In this document: positions 1 through 13,100 of the stretch, in pieces | Numbering within the stretch: position 1 is the stretch's first letter | How the letters are laid out: each line of letters begins with the position of its first letter | Assembly (NCBI GenBank): GCA_963712745.1 | Contig: CAVQJC010000019.1 | Location: forward strand, 1-51,445 | Source of the DNA: an uncultured Chloroflexia bacterium | GTDB lineage: Bacteria > Chloroflexota > Limnocylindria > Limnocylindrales > CSP1-4 | Direction: 5' to 3' | DNA length: 51,445 bases | Notes under the pieces: generated by a model | Database searches by the model: none | What the model saw: only the letters and a program-made list of their open reading frames with translations | What the model was told of the DNA's origin: nothing | Translations under genes and position numbers: made by a program

Positions 1-2
1 CC

Positions 3-1076
3 GGGGAGCGCCGCGCTCACGCCCTCAGCTCCGCGCCGAGCCCAGGCCAGCACGCGGAAGCCCCCCAGCTGGCGGGGGTCGAGCAGGCGGGCCACCGCGG
101 CGCGGGCCTCCAGATACGCCTGCGGGTCGACGTCCGGCCGCCGGCCCAGCTCCGCCAGCAGCTCCCCCAGGCCGAGGCGGGCCAGGAAGGGCCCCTGCGT
201 GGTGGAGCCGACGAGCTCGAGCCCGGCCATCCCAGCCGCGCGCTCGAGCGCGGTGACGTCGACATGCGCAGTCATGTCGGTATGGCCGAGCGCCGTAAAG
301 GGATCGTCCGAGACCTCGTGGCCGCGGTAGGTCAGCAGGGAGCCTGCCATGCGCCGGGGCCCGTACAGCTCGGTCGCATCGTGGCCGTAGTCGATGACCA
401 GCACGACGCCGTCCACGGCCAGTCCCCCCGCCACCTCCTCGAACCAGCCCCGCAGCGCCAGGCAGACCTCCGCCCGCTGGCCCTCCTGCAGCTCGACCCC
501 TTCCTCGGCCAGGCGGGCGGCCAACGCCGGCGTCGACGGTTCAGCCACGATCTCGCGGAACCAGTGGTCGGCCCAGCCGACCCAGGCCTCCCGGAGCTTC
601 CCTTGACGGATGAGCCGGTGGACCGGCAAGGCGTCGAGATACTCGTTGGCCAGTACGAAGTCAGCCCGCCCGCTGATGGGGTCGCTGCGCTCGGGCAGGT
701 CGGCGCGGACCCAGTCGACATGGAAGCCGAGACCGTCGGTGGCGCTATCGCGGAGCGTGCCCCGACCGGCCCCGTACTCCAGCACCCGGAAGGGGGCGGA
801 GTCCGAAACACGCCCGGCGGCTTCAAGCAGCCGGCCCAGGCAGCGTCCGAAGAACGGATGCAGCTCCGGGGCGGTGAGGAAATCGCCCGACCGCGTCGGC
901 CGCGACTCGCTGACCGCGTAGTAGCCGAGACCCGGCTCGGTCAGTGCGCGCTCCATGAAGCGGGCGAACGTGATGCGCTGCCCTGGAGCCGCCAGGATCT
1001 CGTCGCGGATGGTCTCCACGAGTCGGGGCTCACTCCCGCTCCAGCGAGGGTCCGGGCGCGAGTGCACATGGTCCAT
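3..1076 (-). CDS. SAM-dependent methyltransferase, MidA/NDUFAF7 (DUF185) family; 3' end runs off the window
   Basis: Not in the ORF track because it has no stop in the window. Manual translation from ATG 1076 gives ITFARFMERAL..PGLGYY, GDFLTAPELHPFFG, VLEYGAGRG and C-terminal LLDPRQLGGFRVL. Confidence 0.88.
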   Translation of the reverse strand, partial: MDHVHSRPDPRWSGSEPRLVETIRDEILAAPGQRITFARFMERALTEPGLGYYAVSESRPTRSGDFLTAPELHPFFGRCLGRLLEAAGRVSDSAPFRVLEYGAGRGTLRDSATDGLGFHVDWVRADLPERSDPISGRADFVLANEYLDALPVHRLIRQGKLREAWVGWADHWFREIVAEPSTPALAARLAEEGVELQEGQRAEVCLALRGWFEEVAGGLAVDGVVLVIDYGHDATELYGPRRMAGSLLTYRGHEVSDDPFTALGHTDMTAHVDVTALERAAGMAGLELVGSTTQGPFLARLGLGELLAELGRRPDVDPQAYLEARAAVARLLDPRQLGGFRVLAWARRGAEGVSAALP

Positions 1077-1089
1077 GCGGCACGCCGCC

Positions 1090-1851
1090 CTAGGCGACGA
1101 AGCCCCCGTCGACCGTCAGCAGCGCGCCGGTGACCCAGCGGCTCTCGTCGGACATGAGGTAGACGACCGCGTGGGCGACATCGTCGACGCCACCGAGCCG
1201 ACCCAGCGGCGTGGCCTCGGCGATGGCACGAGCGACTCCCTCCTGGGCCAGGACGTCGCGGTTGATGTCCGTCTCGATGGTGCCGGGCAGCACGGCGTTG
1301 ACGGTGATGTCATGCGCAGCCAGCGCGACCGCAGCCGCCTTGGTGAACATGTTGGCAGCGCCCTTGGACGTGCAATAGGGGACCTGCAGCGGGTCGGTCG
1401 CCTTCTGACCACTGATGGAGGTGACATTGCAGATGTGGCCGGGCCGCCCGGCCTCGACCATGGCCCGTGCCACGCACTGGGTCATGAGGAACGGACCCTT
1501 GGCGTTGACCGCCATGATCGAGTCCCACTGCTCCTCGGTCACCTCCAGCAGGTCGATGAACGGCCCCACGCCGGCGTTGTTGACCAGCCCGTCCGGCACC
1601 CCGAACGAAGCGCTGACTTCCCGCACCATGCGCTGCACATCGTGCGCGACCGAGACGTCGCCGGCGATGGCCATGGCCGACCCGCCGGCGGCCTCGATGG
1701 CGGCCACGGTCTCCTGTAGCGCAGCGCTGACCGTCCGGCCGTGGACGGCGACCCTGGCACCCGCTTCCGCGCAGCGGATGGCGCAGGCCCGGCCGATCCC
1801 CCGGGAGCTGCCGGTCACGATGATGGACTTGTCCTCCAGACGCCTGCTCAT
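1090..1851 (-). CDS. Short-chain dehydrogenase/reductase (FabG/glucose dehydrogenase-like)
   Basis: Motifs TGSSRGIG, NNAG, YCTSK and VDGG. AAGGAGG precedes ATG 1851. Confidence 0.92.
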   Translation of the reverse strand: MSRRLEDKSIIVTGSSRGIGRACAIRCAEAGARVAVHGRTVSAALQETVAAIEAAGGSAMAIAGDVSVAHDVQRMVREVSASFGVPDGLVNNAGVGPFIDLLEVTEEQWDSIMAVNAKGPFLMTQCVARAMVEAGRPGHICNVTSISGQKATDPLQVPYCTSKGAANMFTKAAAVALAAHDITVNAVLPGTIETDINRDVLAQEGVARAIAEATPLGRLGGVDDVAHAVVYLMSDESRWVTGALLTVDGGFVA

Positions 1852-2044
1852 CCGACCCTCCTTTGCCTTGCCCCCCACAGCCTCTCACGAGGTGGGCCCG
1901 AGTGGACCGCGAACCTGGAGCCCGGGCCTATCATCGGTGCAGCCGGGTCGGCCCGGGTCGTCAGACGCGCTTGAACCGGCTGACGCGCTCGGTCCGGCTG
2001 GGGCCGCGCGCGATGAGGGAAGCAGCACGAGGTGGTCGGTTCGA

Positions 2045-3001
2045 ATGGGTAGGTACGGATTGGGCGAGGTCATCCCCACCCGCCTGGCCTACGGAGAGGC
2101 GCTGCGTGACTTGGGCGAGGTGAACGAGCGCGTGGTGGTGCTGGAGGCGGACATCGGCAAGTCCACCAGGAGTGCCATGTTCGGAGCTGCACACCCCGAG
2201 CGGTACTTCAACCTCGGCATCGCCGAGCAGAACGAGATGGCCGTGGCAGCCGGGCTCTCCAGTTGCGGCAAGATCCCCTTCGTTTCGACCTACGCCGTCT
2301 TCGCCAGCATGCGCGCGTGCGAGCAGGTGCGGACGTTCGTGGCCTATCCGCGGGCCAACGTCAAGATCTGCCCCAGCCACGGCGGGCTCACTCCCGGCAA
2401 CGACGGACCGACCCACCAGGCGACCGAGGATCTCGGCATCATGCGCACCATCCCCAACATGACCGTGTGCATGCCGACCGATGCCACCATGGCCTACAAG
2501 GCCGTCTTCGCTGCCGCCGAGATGGACGGACCGCTCTACCTGCGCCTGACGCGCGACGGCGTGCCTGTCATCTATGACGACGATCTCGACTTCAGGTTCG
2601 GCCAGGCCATCGTGCTGCGGACCGGTGCCGACGCGACCATCATCGCCAACGGCGACCTGGTCACCCAGGCCCTCGGAGCCGCTGGCCGTCTGGCGGCACG
2701 GGGCGTGGCGGTCACGGTCATCGACATGCACACCATCAAGCCGCTCGATGAGGCCTGCGTCATCGAGCATTGCGCCGACACGCGTTTCGTGGTGACAGCC
2801 GAGGATCACCAGGTCAACGGCGGGCTGGGCAGCGCCGTGGCGGAGGTGCTGGGTGAGCACTGCCCCGTGCCCATGAAGCGGATCGGTCTACGGGACACCT
2901 TCGCCGAGTCGGGCCCATACCTCGAGCTGCTCAGGAAGTACGGCATGGATGCGGCCGCCATCGAGCAAGCCGTGCTCGCTGGCCTGGCCGACCACCCGTG
3001 A
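2045..3001 (+). CDS. Transketolase, C-terminal (pyrimidine-binding/C-terminal) subunit
   Basis: Motifs GIAEQN, RACEQVR, DGPTHQ, DMHTIKPLD and EDHQVNGGLGSAV. GAGGTGG precedes ATG 2045. Confidence 0.93.
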   Translation: MGRYGLGEVIPTRLAYGEALRDLGEVNERVVVLEADIGKSTRSAMFGAAHPERYFNLGIAEQNEMAVAAGLSSCGKIPFVSTYAVFASMRACEQVRTFVAYPRANVKICPSHGGLTPGNDGPTHQATEDLGIMRTIPNMTVCMPTDATMAYKAVFAAAEMDGPLYLRLTRDGVPVIYDDDLDFRFGQAIVLRTGADATIIANGDLVTQALGAAGRLAARGVAVTVIDMHTIKPLDEACVIEHCADTRFVVTAEDHQVNGGLGSAVAEVLGEHCPVPMKRIGLRDTFAESGPYLELLRKYGMDAAAIEQAVLAGLADHP

Positions 3002-3744
3002 GCTTCACCGGGAAGATCGTCCTGGTGACGGGGGCAGGCCAGGGCATCGGAGCGGCCATCGCCCGAGAGTTCGCCGCGCGAGGCGCCCACGTCGCGGTCA
3101 ACGACATCAACGCCGCCGCCGTGGAGCGAACGGTGGATGAGATCAGGTCCGCACGTTCACTCGCCGCCGGCTACGTGGCGGACGTCACCTCCGAGGAGGA
3201 CGTGCGCGCCATGTACGAGCGCATCGTCGAGGCCAGCGGCCGGCTCGACGTGCTCGTGAACAACGCCGGCATCCTCAGCATCGCTGTCACCGAGGAGCTG
3301 GAGGTCGATGCCTGGGAGCGCACGCTGTCGGTCAACCTGAAAGGCGCATTCCTCTGCTGTCGCGCGGTGCTTCCCCAGATGAAGGCCCGGCGCTCCGGGA
3401 AGATCATCAACATCGCGTCCCTGGCTGGCCAGAGCGGTGGCATCATGCCCGGCCCGGACTACTCCGCATCCAAGGGTGGGCTACTGGCCCTGACCAAGAA
3501 GATCGCGCTCGAGGCTGCGCCGTACGGCGTCAACGTCAACGCCATCGCGCCGGGGACCACCATGACCTCCATGATCGAGGCTCTGCCGGAGGGGGCCAAG
3601 GCTGCCCTGGAGGCGAAGATACCGCTGGGCAGGCTGGGCACGCCGGAGGATGTCGCCTACGCGGCCGTCTTCCTCGCGGGCGACGAGTCGTCCTTCATCA
3701 CCGGGGCCACCCTCGATGTCAACGGCGGGCTGCTGATGCGCTAG
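2998..3744 (+). CDS. Short-chain dehydrogenase/reductase (FabG-like)
   Basis: Motifs TGAGQGIG, NNAG, YSASK and DVNGG. GTGA overlap with the upstream gene. Confidence 0.92.
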   Translation: MSFTGKIVLVTGAGQGIGAAIAREFAARGAHVAVNDINAAAVERTVDEIRSARSLAAGYVADVTSEEDVRAMYERIVEASGRLDVLVNNAGILSIAVTEELEVDAWERTLSVNLKGAFLCCRAVLPQMKARRSGKIINIASLAGQSGGIMPGPDYSASKGGLLALTKKIALEAAPYGVNVNAIAPGTTMTSMIEALPEGAKAALEAKIPLGRLGTPEDVAYAAVFLAGDESSFITGATLDVNGGLLMR

Positions 3745-4589
3745 GGGCGTCGATGCTCCAGGGCTTCGAGCTCGGCCATCGCCTGGCGGAACTGCTGTTC
3801 GTCGGGAACGGTGCCGTGCCACTCGACCCGGTCCTCCATATAGGAGACGCCCTTGCCCTTGACGGTGTTGGCCACCACCACCGACGGCATGGCTTGCACC
3901 GAGCGGGCCTCGGCGAAGGCCGCCCGGATGGCCTCCACATCGTGCCCGTCGCACTCGATGACGTGCCAGTCGAACGAGGCGAGCTTGGCCTTGAGGTCAC
4001 CCAGCGGCATGACCTCGTCGTTGTGGCCGTCCAGTTGCAGCCGGTTGTAGTCGACGATGGCACAGAGGTTGCCGAGCCGGTACTTGGCGGCGGACATCAG
4101 GGCCTCCCACACGAGGCCCTCCTGCATCTCGCCGCAGCCGAGCATCACGTAGGTCCGGAAGTTCCGGCTGTCCAGCCCAGCTGAGAGGGCCATGCCCACG
4201 CCCACCGAGAGCCCGGTGCCGAGCGATCCGGTGGTGTAGTCCACGCCCGGCGTCTTCCTCATGTCCGGGTGACCCTGCAGGATGCCGTCGATCTGCCGCA
4301 GCCTCCCCAGGTGCTCCATGCCGAAGTAGCCCTTCATCGCCAGCACGGCATAGAGCACCGGACAGGCGTGCCCCTTCGAGAGCAGGAAGCGATCTCGGTC
4401 GGCCCATCGCGGGTTCGACGGGTCGATCCGCATCTCGTCGTAATAGAGCACCGTGACCAGGTCCGCGGAGGACAACGAGCTGCCGGGGTGGCCGGACCTG
4501 GCCTGGAAGATCATGCGCAGGAGGTTCTTGCGCAGCTCGGTCGCGGTTCGCCGTAGTTCGGCATCCGGAGCACGCATCGCTCCAGCCAT
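3741..4589 (-). CDS. Transketolase, N-terminal (TPP-binding) subunit
   Basis: Motifs SGHPGSSLS, DRFLLSKGHA, LQGHP, TTGSLG and GCGEMQEG. Start uncertain (4577, 4589 or 4631). Confidence 0.92.
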   Translation of the reverse strand: MAGAMRAPDAELRRTATELRKNLLRMIFQARSGHPGSSLSSADLVTVLYYDEMRIDPSNPRWADRDRFLLSKGHACPVLYAVLAMKGYFGMEHLGRLRQIDGILQGHPDMRKTPGVDYTTGSLGTGLSVGVGMALSAGLDSRNFRTYVMLGCGEMQEGLVWEALMSAAKYRLGNLCAIVDYNRLQLDGHNDEVMPLGDLKAKLASFDWHVIECDGHDVEAIRAAFAEARSVQAMPSVVVANTVKGKGVSYMEDRVEWHGTVPDEQQFRQAMAELEALEHRRP

Positions 4590-4705
4590 GGGATCTCGCT
4601 TCGTGATGCGGTCGAGGGCCGTCGCGCCCAACCATATCGACTTCGCCGCTGGGCGTGGTGGTCACACGCCCCCTCGGCTGCGGTCGCCGCTCGTGGCAGG
4701 CCCAG

Positions 4706-7459
4706 CTAGTGCAGGCGACGCTTGCGTTCCCGCTTCTGGGGCGCCTCGGTGGGTGGCAGGTCCATGAGGCTCGGTTGCAGGTCGGCGCCTACCGCCGCCC
4801 CGCTGCCCACCGGTTCGCCGGGGCCTCGCGGGTCGCGGCGGTCGGACGCTTCCGAGACGAACGACTCACCCTCTGAACCGGTGCACACGATGGTGCCACC
4901 GACCGGGTCGGCGTCGGCGGTGATGGTGCTGCCGGGCTTGAACTTGCCCTCCAGCAGCGCCCTCGCCAGCGGGTTCTCCAGCAGCCGCTGGACTGCCCGC
5001 TTCAGCGGACGCGCCCCGTAGTGCGGATCGTTGCCCTCGCGGCTGATGAGCGCCTTGGCGGCCGGCGTCAGCACCAGCTCCAGGTCGTGCTCCTCGAGGC
5101 GCGCGGTGAGGTCGGCCACGAGCAGGTCGACGATGGCCGAGAGGGCCTCGTCGTCGAGGCTGTGGAACATGATGACCTCGTCGATGCGATTGAGGAACTC
5201 CGGCCGGAAGGTGGCCCGCAGAGCCTCGGTCACCGAACGCTCAACGTCGGCCTCCGTCGTGCCCTCGGGCCGGTCGGCCGCGAGGACCTGTGAGCCCACG
5301 TTGCTGGTCATGATGAGCACGGTGTCCTTGAACGAGACCGCGTGGCCCTGGCCGTCGGTCAGGCGACCGTCGTCGAGCACCTGCAGCAGGACGTTGAACA
5401 CGTCCGGGTGCGCCTTCTCGATCTCGTCGAGCAGGATGACCTGGTAGGGCCGCCGGCGGACGGCCTCGGTCAGCTGGCCGCCCTCCTCGTAGCCGACGTA
5501 CCCGGGTGGCGCGCCGATGAGGCGGCTGACCGCGAACTTCTCCATGTACTCGCTCATGTCGATGCGGGTCATGGCCGACTCGTCATCGAAGAGGAACTGC
5601 GCCAGTGCCCGTGCGGTCTCCGTCTTGCCCACGCCGGTCGGACCCAGGAAGATGAACGAGCCGATGGGCCGCTTGGGATCCTTCAACCCGGCACGCGCGC
5701 GTCGGACCGCGTCGGACACGGCGCTGATAGCCTCGTCCTGGCCGACCACGCGCTCGTGCAGGCGCTCCTCCATGTGGATGAGCTTGGCCTGTTCGCCCTC
5801 CATCAGGCGCGTCACGGGGATGCCCGTCCAGGCGGCCACGATGCGCGCGATGTCGTCCGCCTCGACCTCCTCCTTGAGCAGGCGTCGGGCGCCCTCGTCG
5901 GCGGCCAGGGCTGCCTCCTCGTCGGCCAGGCGCCCCTGCAGCTCGGGGATCACCCCGTAGCGCAGCTCGGCCGCCCGTCCATAGTCGGCTTCGCGTTCAG
6001 CGGCCTCAGCCTCGTGCTCGGCGGCCTCCAGCTCCGTCTTGGTCGAGCGCAGGGCGCTGATGGCGCCCTTCTCCTGCTCCCATTGGCTCTTGAGAGCGGC
6101 CGCGCGCTCGGACAGGTCGGCCAGCTCGCGCTCGAGCGCCTCCAGCCTGGACCTGGAGGCGTCGTCGGTCTCCTTCTTCAGGGCCTCACGCTCGATCTCC
6201 AGCTGGATGCGACGACGCTCCAGCTCGTCGAGCTCGACGGGCATCGAATCCATCTCCATGCGCAGGCGGCTGGCGGCCTCGTCGACGAGGTCGATGGCCT
6301 TGTCCGGCAGGAAGCGCTCGCTGATGTAGCGGTTGGAGAGCACAGCCGCGGCCACCATGGCCGAGTCGGTGATGCGCACGCCGTGGTGCACCTCGTAGCG
6401 CTCGCGCAGCCCGCGCAGGATAGAGATCGTCTCCTCCACGTTGGGCTGGTCGACATAGACCGGCTGGAAGCGGCGCTCCAGGGCCGCGTCCTTCTCGACG
6501 TGCTTGCGATACTCGTCGAGCGTCGTCGCGCCGATGGTGTGGAGCTCGCCGCGGGCGAGCATCGGCTTGAGCAGGTTGGAGGCGTCCATGGCGCCTTCTG
6601 CGGCACCCGCGCCCACCACCGTGTGGAGCTCGTCGATGAAGAGCACCACCTGCCCGTCCGAGTCCTTGATCTCCTTGAGCACGGCCTTCAGCCGTTCCTC
6701 GAACTCGCCGCGGAACTTGGCCCCCGCGATGAGGGCACCGAGGTCGAGCCCGACCACGGACTTGCCGCGCAGGCCGTCGGGTACGTCGCCGCGCACGATG
6801 CGCTGGGCCAGGCCCTCGACGATGGCCGTCTTGCCCACGCCGGGCTCACCGATGAGCACGGGGTTGTTCTTGGTCCGGCGACTGAGCACCTGGATGACGC
6901 GGCGGATCTCCTCGTCGCGACCGACGACCGGGTCCAGCTTGCCCTCGCGCGCAGCTGCGGTCAGGTCGACGCCGTACTTCTCCAGCGATTGGTAGGTGCC
7001 CTCGGGATTGGGCGAGGTCACGCGCTGGCTGCCGCGCACGCCTTCGAGCGCACGCAGCAGCGCCTCTCGGCCCGCGCCGTTCGCCTCCAGCAGTGACTGG
7101 GCCTCGCCGCCGGCCTCCGCTGCGGCCAGCAGCAGGTGCTCCGTGGAGACGTACTCATCCCCGAGCCGTCGAGCCTCATCCTCGGCCCGGCCGAGGAGTT
7201 GCTGGACCCGTGGGTCCAGGCCCATCTGGCCACCCTCGATCTTGGCCCGGCGGCTGAGCGCAGCGCTGACCTCGACGGCCACCGCGGCGGGGTCGGCGCC
7301 GAGCTTGCGCAGGGTCATGACCGGCACGCCCTCGGGGTCACCGAGCAGCGCGGCCAGGAGGTGCTCGACGTCGAGCACGGGGGATTTGGAGGCCGAGGCC
7401 AGCTGCTGTGCCGCGAGGATGGCCTCCTGTGCTTTCTGGGTATAGCGGTCGAGCTTCAT
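4706..7459 (-). CDS. clpB: ATP-dependent disaggregase ClpB
   Basis: Two AAA+ modules ([16 protein letters not shown]), coiled-coil middle domain, [16 protein letters not shown] 7459 begins [13 protein letters not shown]. Confidence 0.96.
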   Translation of the reverse strand: MKLDRYTQKAQEAILAAQQLASASKSPVLDVEHLLAALLGDPEGVPVMTLRKLGADPAAVAVEVSAALSRRAKIEGGQMGLDPRVQQLLGRAEDEARRLGDEYVSTEHLLLAAAEAGGEAQSLLEANGAGREALLRALEGVRGSQRVTSPNPEGTYQSLEKYGVDLTAAAREGKLDPVVGRDEEIRRVIQVLSRRTKNNPVLIGEPGVGKTAIVEGLAQRIVRGDVPDGLRGKSVVGLDLGALIAGAKFRGEFEERLKAVLKEIKDSDGQVVLFIDELHTVVGAGAAEGAMDASNLLKPMLARGELHTIGATTLDEYRKHVEKDAALERRFQPVYVDQPNVEETISILRGLRERYEVHHGVRITDSAMVAAAVLSNRYISERFLPDKAIDLVDEAASRLRMEMDSMPVELDELERRRIQLEIEREALKKETDDASRSRLEALERELADLSERAAALKSQWEQEKGAISALRSTKTELEAAEHEAEAAEREADYGRAAELRYGVIPELQGRLADEEAALAADEGARRLLKEEVEADDIARIVAAWTGIPVTRLMEGEQAKLIHMEERLHERVVGQDEAISAVSDAVRRARAGLKDPKRPIGSFIFLGPTGVGKTETARALAQFLFDDESAMTRIDMSEYMEKFAVSRLIGAPPGYVGYEEGGQLTEAVRRRPYQVILLDEIEKAHPDVFNVLLQVLDDGRLTDGQGHAVSFKDTVLIMTSNVGSQVLAADRPEGTTEADVERSVTEALRATFRPEFLNRIDEVIMFHSLDDEALSAIVDLLVADLTARLEEHDLELVLTPAAKALISREGNDPHYGARPLKRAVQRLLENPLARALLEGKFKPGSTITADADPVGGTIVCTGSEGESFVSEASDRRDPRGPGEPVGSGAAVGADLQPSLMDLPPTEAPQKRERKRRLH

Positions 7460-7481
7460 GACGGAGAAACGTCCTTGTCGT

Positions 7482-8552
7482 TCAGCGAGTTCGGGTTCCG
7501 GGCTCCTGCCGCGGATCTGATTGTTCGATGTGGTCGATGAAGGCCTGCGCCTTGGCCCGCCCCTCCTCGTCAAGGAACGTCGGCAGCACGACCTTGGTGC
7601 GCACGCGCAGGTCACCGTGGCCTTCTGCGCCGAAGCGCGGCAGGCCCTGACCGGTCAGCCGGAAGACGCGCCCGTTCTGGGTCCCGGGCGGGATGCTCAG
7701 CGCCAGCTTCTTGCCGGCCAGGGTGCTGATGTGAACGTCGGAGCCGAGCAGCGCTTCGCCCAGCGCCAGCGACAGGTCCATGGTCAGGTCGGCGCCGTCG
7801 CGCGTGAATACCGGGTGCTTGCTGACGCGCACGGTGATGAAGACGTTACCGCCGCCTTCGGCCTTGCCGGTGAGGCGGATCTTCTGGCCGTCGCGCACGC
7901 CCGGCGGGATCTTGACCTCGAGCGTCCTGCCGCCGACCTGGAGGTGTCGCTCCGTGCCGCGCATGACCTCCTCGAGACTGATGGTGGCGTCGGCCGTGGC
8001 GTCGGCCGGCCGCGGCGGCACCGGTCGGCGCCCTCGTGGTGAGCCGGTGCCGAAACCGGACGGGGCGTAGCCCGCGCCGCTGTCGCCACCGAGGCCACCG
8101 AAGAGCGGGTCGATGTCGATGTGCGCGCCGCCCAGGCCGCCTGGCGCGCCGGCGCCGCCCGCTCCTCGGCTCCCGCCGGCGAAGAAGGTGCGGAAGAAAT
8201 CGCTGAAGCCGGAGAGGTCCTCGGCGTTGCCGCGGTACTCGAAGCGCATGCCGCCGGGGAAGCCCCCGGCACCACCGCCCGCGCCGGCGAAGCCGGTGAA
8301 GGGGTTGCCGCCGCCAGCCTGCTGGTAGGCCTGCCAGTTAGAGCCGAGCCGGTCGTAGGCCTTGCGCTTCTCGGTGTCAGAGAGGACCTCGTTGGCCTCG
8401 CTGATCTCCTTGAAGCGCTTCTCGGCCGCAGCGTCGTCCTTGTTGACGTCCGGATGGTTCTCGCGGGCAAGGCGACGGAAGGCCTTCTTGATGTCGGCCT
8501 GACTGGCGTCCTTGCCTACGCCGAGGGTGGCGTAGTAGTCGCGATACTCCAT
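7482..8552 (-). CDS. Class B J-domain co-chaperone (CbpA/DnaJ-like, no Zn finger)
   Basis: N-terminal J domain with HPD, G/F-rich region and DnaJ C-terminal domain; no CxxCxGxG repeats. Confidence 0.92.
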   Translation of the reverse strand: MEYRDYYATLGVGKDASQADIKKAFRRLARENHPDVNKDDAAAEKRFKEISEANEVLSDTEKRKAYDRLGSNWQAYQQAGGGNPFTGFAGAGGGAGGFPGGMRFEYRGNAEDLSGFSDFFRTFFAGGSRGAGGAGAPGGLGGAHIDIDPLFGGLGGDSGAGYAPSGFGTGSPRGRRPVPPRPADATADATISLEEVMRGTERHLQVGGRTLEVKIPPGVRDGQKIRLTGKAEGGGNVFITVRVSKHPVFTRDGADLTMDLSLALGEALLGSDVHISTLAGKKLALSIPPGTQNGRVFRLTGQGLPRFGAEGHGDLRVRTKVVLPTFLDEEGRAKAQAFIDHIEQSDPRQEPGTRTR

Positions 8553-8567
8553 CCGTCTCCGTGGGGA

Positions 8568-11087
<2,520 letters not shown>

Positions 11088-11528
11088 TCAGATCTCCTTG
11101 GCGGTCCGGTCGAGGTTCGACGGGGGCTTGGGTCGCGAAGCCCGGGGCACGGCGTCCGATGTCTCGTCCGCCGGCTCCCCGGGCCTCTCACCATCGGTGC
11201 GGCCGATGGTTTCGGGTTCGCTGTACAAGGTCTCGAGGATGCGCGCACCCAGACGCTCCTCGAGCTCGAAGAGGACGCGGACCCCGGCCAGGTTCACGCC
11301 CAGGTTCTGGGTGAGGTGCCGGATCCAGAGGATCCGGCGCAGGTCGTTCTCCGAGTAGAGCCGGATGTTGGTAGGGGTGCGGGCTGGACTGACCAGCCCC
11401 TCACCCTCGTAGATGCGCAACGTCCGGGGATGGACGCTTACCAGCTCCGCGGCGACACTGATGATGTAGACCGGCCGGCTGGCGTCGGGACCCGATGGGC
11501 GCCGACGCGCACCAGCCCTATCCCGCAC
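11088..11528 (-). CDS. hspR: MerR-family heat-shock repressor, HspR-like
   Basis: Motifs PVYIISVAAELVSVHPRTLRIYE and LGVNLAGV. GTG 11528 lies 4 nt after the hsp20 stop. Chaperone-operon context. Confidence 0.85.
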   Translation of the reverse strand: MRDRAGARRRPSGPDASRPVYIISVAAELVSVHPRTLRIYEGEGLVSPARTPTNIRLYSENDLRRILWIRHLTQNLGVNLAGVRVLFELEERLGARILETLYSEPETIGRTDGERPGEPADETSDAVPRASRPKPPSNLDRTAKEI

Positions 11529-11532
11529 GGGT

Positions 11533-12051
11533 TCAGGCCTGTCCGACCGCGTCCGTGTTCGACTCGTCCCGAGCTCCCTGGGACTCGGCTGCCACGGCGG
11601 CGCGCGCCTCGGTGACAGCCTTGACCGGGATCTGGCGGGGCTTGGCGGCCTCCGCGCGCGGGATGACGAGCCGCAGCATGCCATTCTCGAAGACGGCATC
11701 AGCCTTGTCGGTGTCGAGGCCGCTGGGGAGCGTCAGCGCGCGCCTGCCGCTGCTGCGGCGCAGCTCGCGGTAGATGCGCTCACCCTCCTGGGTCTCGCGC
11801 TCGGCTTGCTCCTTGACGCCGATGGTCAGCGTGTCCTGGTGGAGCGTGATCTCGACGTCCTCGGGATGGATGCCGGGAAGTGCCGCTTCGATGGTGATGG
11901 CGTCCTCGCTCGAGGTGATGTCGAGCGGCAGCCGCGCCTCGACCGAGCCACCCCAGGCCAGCGGCCGGAAGGTGGAGTCGTCGAAGAGGCGGTCGACGGC
12001 ACTGCGGAAACTCATCAGCTCAGAGGCTGGGGTCCTGCGGATAACGGCCAT
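11533..12051 (-). CDS. Hsp20/alpha-crystallin small heat-shock protein
   Basis: Motifs LPGIHPEDVEI and AVFENGMLRLVIP. GGAGG SD upstream. Confidence 0.93.
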   Translation of the reverse strand: MAVIRRTPASELMSFRSAVDRLFDDSTFRPLAWGGSVEARLPLDITSSEDAITIEAALPGIHPEDVEITLHQDTLTIGVKEQAERETQEGERIYRELRRSSGRRALTLPSGLDTDKADAVFENGMLRLVIPRAEAAKPRQIPVKAVTEARAAVAAESQGARDESNTDAVGQA

Positions 12052-12138
12052 GTCTAGGTTCCTCCGTGTCTTGGTTGCGTGCTTCTCTTTCGGGGTTGGG
12101 CACTGGACGGTTCGCGAACTTCGCCCTGTACACGGAGG

Positions 12139-12169
12139 ATACTAGAACCTTGACAAGGTCATTGTCAAG
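12139..12169 (-). promoter_or_regulatory. Sigma70-type promoter of the heat-shock operon overlapped by a HAIR-like inverted repeat
   Basis: CTTGACA-N7-TGTCAAG at 12149-12169. On the minus strand: TTGACA (12168-12163), 18 nt, TAGTAT (12144-12139). Confidence 0.75.
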
Positions 12170-12418
12170 TCTTATGTCTGCGAGTATGTCAACTATGTTG
12201 CCATCGGCGGGCCATGAAGGCTATCAACCGAGGTAGCCGGGTCCGTGAGTGTGGCACGGATGGCGTACGAGCACAAACGTGCCTATCGTGGCTCGCCCCG
12301 CCGGGCCCCTGGGCTCAGGGCCGAGGCGGCCCGACCGGGTCCCAGGGCTCAGGCGTCCAGTACGTGGAAGGATGGCGGCGACCCCGCCCCTGCGCTCACG
12401 TGCCGCCGGACGGCGCGA

Positions 12419-13099
12419 TCAGGCCTGAGCGATCTCCGGGACCGAGCCGATGAGTTGCATGCGCAGGTCGTTCTCACACTCGGTGCGCGAGATGGCGATG
12501 ACCTTGTCGCCCTCCCGGAAGATCGTCTCCGGGCGGATCGACTGTGCCCGGTCGTCGCGGATGACCACGAAGAGCGTGCAGCCCTCCGGCAGGTCGATGT
12601 CAGCTGGCCGGCGGCCAAGGGCAGGCGAGTCCTCGGCGATCTGGGCCTCGAGCAGCTCCAGTTCGCCGCCCTCGAGGTTGGCCAGGTGCAGCAGCTCGTG
12701 GACCGGGATGTCCTGCTCGATGGCGGCCAGGACCATGCGCGTGGGGCTGATGATCTCGTCCACGCCGAGGTTTCGGAAGAGGACCTCGTTGCGCGGGTTG
12801 TTGACGCGCGCGATCGTGCGCGGCACGTCGAAGTGATGCTTGGCCATCTGGCAGACGACGAGGTTGTCGGCATCGTCGCCGGTCACCGCGGCCACGATGG
12901 TGGCTCGGTTGGCTCCGGCCTCGGACAGGTGCGTGCCCTCGCAGCCGTCGCGGTTCACGACGACCGCGCCGAGCTCATCACGTATCCGCTCGGCCGAGCC
13001 GGGGTCCTTCTCCATGAGTACGATCTCATGCCCTGCCGCCAGGAGCTCCTTGGTCAGGTAGAAGCCGATGCGGCCTCCGCCCACGACGATCACGAACAC
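12419..13099 (-). CDS. TrkA/KtrA-family RCK protein (RCK_N plus RCK_C)
   Basis: Motifs IVVGGGRIG, AVTGDDADNLVVC and TIARVNNP; TrkA_C domain. GGAGG precedes GTG 13099. Confidence 0.9.
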   Translation of the reverse strand: MFVIVVGGGRIGFYLTKELLAAGHEIVLMEKDPGSAERIRDELGAVVVNRDGCEGTHLSEAGANRATIVAAVTGDDADNLVVCQMAKHHFDVPRTIARVNNPRNEVLFRNLGVDEIISPTRMVLAAIEQDIPVHELLHLANLEGGELELLEAQIAEDSPALGRRPADIDLPEGCTLFVVIRDDRAQSIRPETIFREGDKVIAISRTECENDLRMQLIGSVPEIAQA

Positions 13100-13100
13100 C

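Noticed and set aside
264-1133. Plus-strand 289-aa ORF
   Set aside because: It is the antisense shadow of the MidA-type methyltransferase on the minus strand.
1886-2035. 10-bp direct repeat CACGAGGTGG as inversion or recombination sites
   Set aside because: The copies are in direct orientation and both lie at one end of the putative inversion; the second copy is simply the SD of tktC.
5342-7096. 584-aa plus-strand ORF and similar long overlapping ORFs (for example 27689-30148, 40568-42175, 44404-46740)
   Set aside because: They are antisense or off-frame shadows of well-supported genes, expected in high-GC DNA, and carry no family motifs.
12200-12418. Small gene or RNA between trkA and the hsp20 promoter
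   Set aside because: No SD-backed ORF with recognisable features and no convincing structure.
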